A DNA stretch of 64,000 nt from Antedon mediterranea (Eukaryota > Animalia > Echinodermata). Below the pieces are notes generated by a model. The model did not search any database and was not told where the DNA came from. It saw nothing but the letters and a program-made list of their open reading frames with translations. A program made the position numbers and the translations under genes. The stretch is taken from assembly GCF_964355755.1 (NCBI RefSeq), contig NC_092673.1, positions 29,137,648 to 29,201,647 of the forward strand, given 5' to 3'. Below, in pieces: positions 38,301 through 49,200 of this stretch. Each line of letters begins with the position of its first letter. Position 1 is the stretch's first letter.

Positions 38301-41300
38301 GACACTGCTACAGTAAGTACATATAGACACCACCGCTACTGTAAGTACATATAGACACTGCATGCTACAGTAAGTACATATAGACACTGCTACAGTAAGT
38401 ACATTATAGACACTGCTACAGTAAGTACATATAGACACCGCTACTGTAAGTACATATAGACACTGCATGCTACAGTAAGTACATATAGACACTGCTACAG
38501 TAAGTACATATAGCCACTGCTACAGTAAGTAAACTGAGCAGTAATTCATATTCATATGCATTTCTTGCAGTCTGTTATGATGTTAAAAAATCTTGTCTGC
38601 CTTGTTCAATGGGAGAATAGCCCTGAAGGTCGCACCACACCAAGAAGAAAGCTCCAAGACTGTTTGCAGTCGTACCTTCAGATGATCACAGCTCAACTGC
38701 ATCATTCAAGTTGCGATGTCTCTTCAGAGGCTATCAAACTCATGATGCTGATTGGATTACCTGATACTGTGTCTATGGCAACCATTTTGAATGTTGCAAC
38801 GTCAACAGTTAATTATTTCTTTTGTATCTTGCACTTTGAAGGTAACTCGTTGCTAGAAAAAAATGTTTGGTCTGTCTACACTATCAAACTTTATTTGACA
38901 AAAACATGTGATGTGCCCATATGGACAATCAATACTATATTTGGGAACATCACACTTTTTGTCAAACTAGTTTGATAGTGTAGACAGAGCTTTAGAGAAG
39001 AAGATATACCATCAAAATATCAAACACAAAAACATTTTAAATTTCCTCATAGACTCCGCAAACAGACCATGTATACTTAACTGCTGCTGTAAAGTCCTAG
39101 AAAGTTTGAGCAAGACGGCTGTGGGACAGACTATTCTGCTTAAAGAACTTGTAGAGGGGGCACTTCAACAGGTAAGTGAATTTCACTATAAAGTTTAATC
39201 ATGGAACTATTATATTAGTTCCATGGTTTAATGTAAAAAATAAGTGAAATAACTAAACTAAATTTTCAACATTTTTGATTTGCAGGAAAATGCATTTTTA
39301 TTTGGAGGAAAGGTTGTTAAGTATGTTGACAACGCATCAACGAGCAAAGATAGTAAAATGTTGCTACTACAAGAAAACCAAAGAATTGGATCAACCGTAT
39401 CATTTGCGAAACAGATGACAAACGTGTTTCATGGGGGAACTGTGGGTAAAGGGGTTAAACCACAAGTTGAATTAGTAACCATTTCAGAAGTAAGTGTATA
39501 CTGGACCAAATGCAACAACATCAATCAATTAAAATGCAATAATCAGCATTATAAATGCCAAATATATTTCTGTAACAGGCCAAATAAAAGAAAAGCTGAA
39601 AATCACTAAATGTTAAAATTGTACCTATTTTTAATAATACAAATTTAGACCACTAAAGAAAAATATTTAAAATGTAAAAAACAATTATTACTATTTTTTA
39701 TTTTTGTGCTAGGATTTGATGCTAATGAATATACAGACTTTTATTTGTGTGGTGCATAGTTGCTTAGCAACTGACTCTAGACCCCTAGGCTCACAATCCA
39801 GTACTCCTGGAGAGGTTGACTCCAAGTCTGGCAATGAAGTGTTAGCGAATCTACTGGTTGATGTCATCTGTCCAGATGTCACACACGCTGGTGTCGTTTG
39901 GCCGGAAGAGGAGCACATCAAAACCAAGATTAAAATGTAAAGCTCTGTCCACACTATCAAACTTTATGCGACAACAACATGTGATGTGCCCATATGTATA
40001 TGAACATGATGTCATATCACTACCATATTTGGGTATATGTAATTACTACCATATTTGGGCACTTGATAAACCAAGAAGGAATCCTAAGTCAACACATCTA
40101 ATTATATTACTGCAGTAACTATATTACTGCATTTGAACTTCACCAAATTACTTATGATTTATTACACAGGGACCTTTTGATACGAAACAAGTTTGACAGC
40201 AACCCAATCTTATGGGAGTTAATGGACATGATTGCAAGTGGTAAGCTAATGTCACAATCATTTGCTTGTGTCTTTTGGAAAATTGCTACAGTAGGCCTAG
40301 ATATATGTGAAATATACGATACTTACAGTGGATTCTAGATAATTTATCTACTGTACAAATTGTTTCGTATCATATTTAATGTCTAATACACTGTCGCACA
40401 TATAGAGATGCAGTCCAGTGAGGAGCGGGTGATATTTTAATTAAAATTTCAAAGATGTATTGTCCCCCTGAAAAAATAATTTTAAACATTTTTTTTTAAT
40501 ATGCCATATTAATGTTACATAATAGTTTTCCACTTTGATCCAAATTGAATTTGCCTGAAAAAAAACTGTATTTACCTGAAAAAACTGTAATTTAAAGCAA
40601 AAAAATAGTCAAATTGGCTGCCAGCCAATGGTTTTTAATTGAATTAATTTGGTCATTTTATAAGTGAAAACATTGGTTTTTTTTCTACGGTAAAAGTGAT
40701 TAACTCTATTAAACTAACAAATAACCTATTCAAAATCTGATTTCATTAATCTTTTTTGTGGAAAATTTATCTTTAAATAATTTGTTGTGTTTCCAACAGA
40801 TAGCATTGCGATGTGCCACTGTTCCCCATTGCTGTACAGCACATTGTCTACTGTGATTAACTACTGGGATTCTGCACGTGTTAGCAGAGCTAGTGACGCA
40901 CCATCCGAATTAAAAGCTTCATGTAACATCATCAAATATCTAAGCAAGGTACATTTAGATTTAGGGAGCCCTCTATTGGTTCAAATACTTAAGTATGGTA
41001 CATACTTAGATTTAGTGAGTTCAAAAGCAAAGTCAGTACCTACTTAATTTTGACTTTTTACAAAATATCCGAAATATACTTTTTTAATGTTTTATTTACC
41101 CGAAAGAACCATAATTTTAAAGCAAAAAATAGTCAAATTGACTGTCAATAGGTTTTTGGTTGAATTTAAATGTTTTTAAAGTGTTTGTAAGCCTAATAAA
41201 CATAAAACAGAAAAACCTATAATAATTTTGTGGGTTTTTTTTAGGCCCAATTGTTAGTGGCACCGTTTTGCTACATCGGTGAAATACTAGATCATCTGGA

Positions 41301-41859
41301 CCCGCATGAAATGTTTGTTTTATTGTCAATCGTTTGGGCAACAATGAAGGTAATGTAAATTAATTCCAATATCAAATTATACATGCTCGCTGATTTCACG
41401 ACACTGCCTTTCATATTAATATTGCAACATCAATAGAATATTAAACAATAGGTGCATTGATTGGAATGCACTTGTGTGAAACTATGTAACAATAGTGCAT
41501 TGAATAGCAGGCCTATAGAACAGACTATAAAGCACCTGCTAAAGCTATGTAACAAACAGAAAAGGAGTCCATTTTTCCACATCACTGCCATACTAAATAT
41601 AAACATGTGATATATCCTATGCCATACAAAACTTCTTAATGTTTTATTTAAAATAAGTATTTTGATTTCACAGATAAACACACCCTCAGCTGCCAATTAC
41701 AACCAAACATCACCTGATCAACCTTTGACCCGACAGACCCCGCTTGTCTGCGATCCGCAACACGTTGAAACATTGAAAAGCATTTTGCACAGGAATATTG
41801 ATAGATTTGGACATTTATTCCCTAGATTCTTTCCAGTAACAAGCTCAACTATCTCATAG
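32384..41859 (+). CDS. INTS5: Integrator complex subunit 5
   Basis: 19 phase-consistent exons: 32384-32428, 32717-32915, 33201-33304, 33412-33520, 34651-34789, 35201-35393, 35663-35777, 36226-36455, 37101-37261, 37649-37751, 38122-38232, 38571-38841, 39053-39171, 39286-39489, 39713-39936, 40170-40240, 40800-40948, 41245-41349, 41674-41859. Motifs [72 protein letters not shown]. Confidence 0.92.
34031..34308. repeat. 90-bp tandem repeat, about 3.1 near-identical copies
   Basis: attgagccttgtattccagtg... begins at 34031, 34121, 34211 and partially at 34301. Confidence 0.92.
35448..35600. repeat. (GGT)n-derived low-complexity repeat
   Basis: ggtggtggtaatgggttgta units. Confidence 0.8.
36470..36592. 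repeat. Approx. 15-bp quasi-palindromic minisatellite (atggtaaccatggct)
   Basis: About 8 units directly downstream of an INTS5 donor. Confidence 0.8.
37308..37470 (+). mobile_element. tRNA-derived SINE family (other copies about 22040-22190 and 48437-48610)
   Basis: gtggcttggtggtta (A box), ctgagttcaagtcc (B box), shared body actcccaaagacttg...atgtagagcatctt. Confidence 0.6.
38215..38531 (+). repeat. 25-29 bp minisatellite built from the INTS5 exon 11 end and donor site
   Basis: 12 units of catatagacac(t/c)gctac(a/t)gtaagta. Confidence 0.92.
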
Positions 41860-42206
41860 AAAACTTGAGCATATTTTAAATGTTACCATTGAGATCCTGA
41901 GGACAAACTTGGAATAGACATTAGAATTGAAAGTGTTACTACGAAAGAATATAAAAGAAACGTTGAAAAAATAGAAATAAAAACTAAAAGATTCAAAAAA
42001 CAGAACCACATTCCTTATTTGGCAAAAAAAAACATGAATAAAATAAAAAGACTTGAAGAATGTTAGTATTGTTTTATTTATTACATATTATTTCCAACTC
42101 TGACAAGGCTATATATATTCATTTGAAATGAATTTCACTCAAACACTATTCAGATCCTATTCTATAACATCTTGATGGATAATATTGAAGCACTACTAAG
42201 TACTGT

Positions 42207-42510
42207 GAGAGCGTGTGGCGCAGTGTGTTGGACGTTGGATTACTGATCTTGAGATCGTAGTTCGAATGCAACTCTCGTCGCATTGCTTGTATCCTTAGGC
42301 AAGACACTTCACTTGCATTTGCCTCTCTCCAACCAGGTGTATAAAATGGGTATCCAGTAGATCAAGACACAACTTTGCGCCGATTACTAGCTGCATTATT
42401 ATGGGACTAGTTTCCATATGTGTTTGATCCAAAAAGTGGCTGGTGTAATAATGTGCAGTGCATTGAGAGTTTGCTTATATGCGCTATATAAAAATGATTA
42501 TTATTATTAT
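42207..42510 (+). mobile_element. tRNA-derived SINE with CORE/V-like body and L2-like tail
   Basis: gtggcgcagtg (A box), agttcgaatgc (B box), tccttaggcaagacactt, tail gcgctatataaaaatg(att)n. Confidence 0.7.
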
Positions 42511-43955
42511 ACTGGGAATTTAAATATTAATAACAAATGCTATATTAAAGTACAGCATATAAACAACCTTATGTGTTTTGTGAATGTAATTAAAGTACAA
42601 TCAGATACCAGCAACAAATTGAAATGCCTCAATAACTATTTATTACTTCGTTTTAATAATTATGAATGGGGTTTTTTTTTTTTGTCTTTGTGCCAGAATT
42701 GTTTTACCATAGCATTAGACTACTGACTGTTGGCAATAGTTATTGTTGAAATTGTTCAAGAAATTCATTAAAAATATCGACAAAATAGAGGAAAAAATGC
42801 ATTTCGGTGATTGAATTTTAATTTAACCATATTATGGTTATCAAATAGCAAATCTCAATATTAATGATATTAACATATTGTATTTAGATGACGCAGTACC
42901 CATAGTTCACAAACAAAAAATAACAAAACTTAATTTGAATGCATGATGGCGTTTTCGCTTTACTTTCAGTTCCATTCCTATATAAAAGATTAAAATTACT
43001 ATAGCTGTTTCAAAGCTTTGTTCCCACAACACAAGATGCTCAGAACAAGCATTCACAATTCAAATTATCTGTCAATATGATTGTTTGCATTACAGTACAT
43101 TCATGTTTTGTCTTGTGTGAACAAGAGCTTAACAAAGCAAGTGGAGCAAACCATTATTTTGTAAACAAACAGAAAATAGTCATACAGTCAAAACACTGCC
43201 AGCAGTGTGCACAGTTGCATAACACAAACGCCCCTGGTTTAGCACTCCTAAGTGGCCCTCCAACGCTGGATACACTTGTTGCATTGGACTGCTCATGCTC
43301 TGGGGCCCCTTGAGCTCTGAGACTCCTTGGTTTAGCCAGAGAGCACTCATAGCCGTTACCCACTGAGTGTACTGTATAACAATTTCATGTTACAGATGTT
43401 TCCTTGAATCTCCAGGTTGCCTCCTGTTTCCACAGAAAACCCAAGATAAAAATAGAATAAAAAGAAATATATTCTTGCAGAGAATAAACAATATCATCAA
43501 TAATGGAAATTATATTATTTTAAACAGGGAAGAATTTCACTCTTCCCCGATCTTAAATAATATTCTAAGGTGGTCACAATCACATTAGTAGCTACCATAA
43601 AAATTGCACCTTTAATTACATTATAAATTAATTTCGTATTTTCCTATAATGAACTAAATTATTAAACTGTATTCATTTCGTATATACGTATTTATACTCT
43701 AATATTAACTAATTAGCATAAATAATGATCAATTATTCTAATAACAACTACTTATCAAGTGGTGGATCCAGAAGAGTGGTTGGGGTTGATATAAAAATGA
43801 GTATGATATTATTAATATACTTATACGAACATCTACTGTAACATTCAAAATTGAATAAATTATTGATTGATTATATCAGGGGCTTACAGAAAATGTACAC
43901 ACTCCCCCTGCCACTGTTATTATCAATCAATCCAGTGAACTCTGCACCTACTGTA

Positions 43956-44400
43956 TATATTATAATCTAGATGTACATATTATAATCTAGATGTACATAT
44001 TATAATCTAGATGTACACATTATAATCTAGATGTACATATTATAATCTAGATGTTCATATTATAATCTAGATGTACATATTATAATCTAGATGTTCATAT
44101 TATAATCTAGATGTTCATATTATAATCTAGATGTTCATATTATAAACTAGATGTACATATTATAATCTAGATGTTCATATTATAAACTAGATGTACATAT
44201 TATAAACAAGATGTTTATATTATAAACAAGATGTTTATATTATAATCTAGATGTTCATATTATAATCTAGATGTTCATATTATGATCTAGATATACATAT
44301 TATAATCTAGATGCACATATTATAATCTAGATGTTCATATTATAATCTAGATGTTCATATTATGATCTAGATGTACATATTATGATCTAGATATTCATAT
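43956..44400. repeat. 20-bp minisatellite (catattataatctagatgt[a/t]), about 22 copies
   Basis: Obvious tandem array. Confidence 0.95.
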
Positions 44401-44554
44401 CAAATAAGAATACATTCATTTAATATGGTTTCTATTAAACCATATTTTAAAAATTTGCATATATTAAGTACTAGGAAGTCAAGATTATTTTCAAGAAAAA
44501 TACATTCTGTTATAAATGAATACAGTACGACTATGTCTACGAGGAAAGGAATAA

Positions 44555-44925
44555 TAGGACCAATATCTATGAGGGGGTAGAAAGAAATCGATGAGGGGGG
44601 GAGGAATGGTTATGGTATGAGGAGGGTAATAGAAAGTAAATGAGCACGCAGCTTATGGTATAAAAGAAGGACAGGACCAATATCTACGAGGAGGGCGGGG
44701 TAGAAAGGAACCGATGAAGGGGTGCCAAGTGGTACGAGGAGGGGTAATAGAAAATAAATTAGCACGCAGCTTATGGTACTAATGACAGGACCAATATCTA
44801 CGGGGGAGGGGGTAGAAAGGAACCGATGAGGGGGGTGGAAGTGGTTATGGTACGAGGAAAGGTAATAAAAAATGCATGAGTATGTTGCTTATAGGACAAC
44901 TGAATAGTAGTCATACAGGACCAAT
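44555..44925. repeat. Approx. 115-bp G-rich tandem repeat, about 3 copies
   Basis: aggaccaatatcta...ggggtagaaag...gatgagggg recurs. Confidence 0.8.
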
Positions 44926-46222
44926 GGCAGTATTTAAGTTAAGAGAAAATTTCTATTTAAATACTATATTAATAATAACCTTTCATTATTGACCAGACAA
45001 GGTTTATATACTATTATAATAAATTAAATTATAAGCAAAGATGGCTCATATATATATACTGTATATATAAAAACATTAAATTATAAGCAAACAAGGTCAT
45101 ATATAACTATTATGTAAATATCTAATTTATAATAAAGACAATATTTGTGTCCTTACTTTATATTGGTTCTTCTGTTTTTTAAACTGTGAATAAGTAATTC
45201 ATATACTGTAGTTATTGTAAATATTGCTATTTAATTTATAACATTTAAAAACATTCGATAATATCATCTATAATATTTATATAATAAATATAATATTGTG
45301 TATTTTTCAAATACTTTTTAAAGCTAAATGTTTTTGCATACTATGAATGCATTTGAAGTTACAATAAACTTGGTTATTTGCTGTTAGATACTGTAGTAAA
45401 CAAAGACTACTTAAGAGTTGCTTATTTCAAGTCAATTTCAAATTGAGTAATTTAACTACATTTGGTTCAAGTTAACAAGGCAGTATGGACTAGTACTAAG
45501 GATTTGGGACCTTTTTGGACCTCAAGAAAAAGTCCGCTTGGGAGAGTTATGGATGCCCGGTATTTACTGATAATATGATAAGTTAAATGACAGTAATAAT
45601 GTTATAATTTAATAACCATATCATAAATAATTTTAATAAATTTGGAATCATATATAGCAAATTGTGTTGGCGTACAACAATTTTTGCTTATATATTAATC
45701 TACGTATACCAATATTTTCAGTGTGTTATAATTTTGATAATAAATAAAAACTTTTAAAATTGTTTCTGATAAACAGACATATTTTTGCAGTGAAAATGTG
45801 TGAAGTCGGCAGAATTGGCATTTTAAAATTTCAACAATCACTTTGCTCGTATTATATTATTGAAAAATCAACAAAACAGCACCCTTTCAGAAATGACAAT
45901 CGTATAAATAACAAATTTAAAAGAGTATTTTACTATCAGATATTGCACATAAACATTTAAAATGGTGGACACTTGTATGCACCTAAATACAATACTTTTA
46001 GAACTAGATAAAATTGAAAAGATGGAATTATGCCCAGTGTATCCATCAAAGATGGAATCATAATTTTTTTTTTAAATGTATTGCAATAATTGTGTATGTG
46101 TATATTTTTACCCTTTCTTCCAATACAAAATTTAAAAAAAAGAAAAAGAAGAGAGATGGATGTTTTGGTATGAAACAATTGTGTTCCAGTAACATTTTTG
46201 TCATTAAATTGAGAAAACATTG

Positions 46223-49200
46223 TTAGTTATTATCATTTTGCGTACATGGCCACCGATACAGATTCTCTTCCTTCACAACGCTTTGTTTTAAGCGTTTACT
46301 CAGCCCTTTCTTAGGCTTGTGGCTAGGCCAAAGCGGACCTTCACTGATGTTTAGTTCACAGAAATCTACAAGGGATTTTACTTTGCAAACAAGGGTTTCT
46401 TCTGATCGGAACCGACGGCGAGCTAGGATGAAGAATGCCTCGAGGAACGCCCCAAAGCACATTCCGCAAGCGGTGCCAGCTGGAGTCTCCAGGTTCCACC
46501 TTCGTACGATGTCGATGTACATGATGTCAACGGAAGCCATTGTTAGGCTTCCAATACAGACTTTAGCTCGTCTGTAACAAATGAATGTTAATATAATTTA
46601 ATCATGTGATAATAGCGAGTTGTTACATTACATTATACATATAGACTGGGTTTTAACAAGAAACTGTATTTTGATGTAACTGTAATTTTTGACATAATCT
46701 CTAATTTCATAATAATAAAATATCTTCAATAGGTCCAAGTTGATTTTTTTTAAAGTATGGTATTGTATTGTTGTGAACAACTTCCAAAACAAAACATCCG
46801 ACGCAAGATTACACATACAGTACCCTTATGATTTACCTGTCAATCACGCATCCATATACTGTACCAGTAGAAAATTAGAATGCCTCATAAATTACAGTTT
46901 ATTTTGTTTCAATAATGTTTAATGTGACATATTTTATCTTTACTTGTTAGTTTGCGCGTCTTCAACATACTGCCTAAAAATGACTGCGCAATGGCAACAA
47001 ATTAATAAATAAAAGATCTCACCGACAAAAATTCCTGAACCCAGTGGCTCCCATATGCTGTGACTCGCGCACTCCTAAAAATAAATGGAATATTCCTGCA
47101 ACTTTTTCTATCAGTCGGAGATGTTCATATTTTTCAGAGTATTTTTTTGGCCATATTTCTTCTAAACAATCCAACACCAGTTCCTCTTGATCTTCCTCTT
47201 TTGCCAAAACTCTTCTACTTGAAGGAATGTGTTCACAACTTCGAGAAACAAGTGCTTTTCTAAAACGGAAAATATATTTATTATAATTTTATTAAATATA
47301 TTACATAATAATCAGTAATTTAAAGCAAATTTTGAATAAGAAGATAAGTAAATGTCTACTGGGCTAACATAGTAGGTAGGGTCAGTTGCTAAATAAGGCA
47401 ACAATTAGTGGCTGGTTCTATCCTGACCTAGAACCAGGGTTCAATTCTAACTGTTTCAATTTCAATTCCTAAGCCTCAAATAAAATAAAGGCATGATTTA
47501 GTTTATCCAATCTGTAATTGTCGAGAATTTACAATCACTATAAAGCTGAACCCCAAATCCTAATCCTACCTCTCCGCAACAAACACATTTCTAATATGTT
47601 TTACTAGGCTTAAGCTCTGTCTACACTATCAAACTTTATGTGATGTGCTAATGTATGGACATGATGATGTAATATCACTGCAATATTTGGATATATCACT
47701 ACCATATTTGGATATATCACTACCATATTTGGGCATATCACTACCATATTTGGATATATCACTACCATATTTGGATATATCACTACCATATTTGGGTATA
47801 TCACTACCATATTTGGGCATATCACTACCGTATTTGGGTGCATCACACTTTTTGTCAAACTAGTTTGATAGTATAGACAGAGCTTTAGTGGTTATTTCAT
47901 CATTCTGTTGTAATGTTTACCTTGCGGATGACAACCGATTCGCTGGCATAATAATCTTCAGTGTATCCGTCACTAGTGGAATTTTAATCTCTTCGTCCAC
48001 CGGACTTGGAACGGATTCTACAACACCAGGTGACGCTTCATACTCATAGTCCAATCGCAGACTGGGATTGGCGTTTACTTCTAATAGCATAGGTTCCAAG
48101 TCTTCGGTAATCAGAATGTCAAATCCAAGGATCTATGAAGTAATTTTAAAATTGAAAACGTACATATAATATACAAATCAATATTTAATCAAGTTTAAAT
48201 GTTTTACTGTGAAGAATGTGTGGTGTTGCCATAACAACTATTACTTTGCGACAAATGGTAATGAAAAATATGGTAATTCTGTGACATTTTTGGATTTTAT
48301 GTCCAGAAAAAGATCAATAAGATATATTTGTTGAATAAAAATAAATACATTTTAAAGTAAAGCAAAATGAGAATACTGCAAAGCAAAAGATGTTGCTTGC
48401 CTAACCTAATCTAATAACTGACAATAGTCAACCAATCCTGGGTTCAAGTGCCATCACATGTCGGAAATTTTTCTAAGGACAAAATTACAACTCCACTCCC
48501 AAAGACTTTGTTTATGTAGAGCATCTTTTGTATATTGTCTTGTGAACCTCTGAGGGTCCCTAAAGATCATCAATTGCTGGATGGATCACCCTCATTAAAT
48601 ATGGTTATAAAAAAAAAATGTGATCAAGCAACAAACAACCGCATCATTTTACAGTAGTTCATTGTGCGCATGGATTATGGGATGTGTGTGCTCCTCACCA
48701 CGACACAGGTTTGGTTGGTTCTCGGACGTCGCAAATCACGCTCCCTATTGTCATTGCTATGCTTTAATTTTTCCACTTTATTTCAGTTATTAGTAAAGTG
48801 AAATAAAATCAAAACATGCTCACCTGAAAACAAGATGGCCCAGCAGGCCTCTTTGCAGGAATCTCCAATTCATAACATACATTAAGGTCTGGAAGTAATG
48901 ATGTTATAGTCTTCACAACAATTGCCTCAATTTTACACCATAACTGATCCGTGTTCACGCCCTTCTCGTCTAGCGTCCTCAACACGCTCTTCATAGTTCG
49001 TTTACTACCTCCATCAAGATTATCCGTGTGCACAAAGTTTATACTGTGTTTGTTTAGCGAGTAGTTAGTGAGATGCATGTATACTTGGTTTAGGTTTTGA
49101 TTGGTCGGTTCTTCGTAATGTAAAGTACAAAATCGAGCCATTCCTTCTTGACTTATGTAGATGCGTAGCGGGTTCAACGACGCCAGTAAGACGTAAACTC

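Noticed and set aside
38215-38531. CRISPR-like appearance of short repeat arrays (also 43956-44400 and 60743-61010)
   Set aside because: No unique spacers, no cas genes, eukaryotic context; ordinary minisatellites
42207-42290. tRNA-like sequences here and at about 37310 and 55360-55433
   Set aside because: No complete cloverleaf and each continues into a SINE body; treated as SINE heads
43300-43355. Possible SECIS on the minus strand (ATGA...AAA...)
   Set aside because: No 3' GA to complete the non-Watson-Crick quartet, weak helix, and no in-frame TGA in the adjacent gene models
47610-47863. ORFs with MPKYGSD / PNMVVIY repeats (also 37793-38083, 9979-10182)
   Set aside because: They are translations of the 21-bp internal repeat of a MITE, not genes
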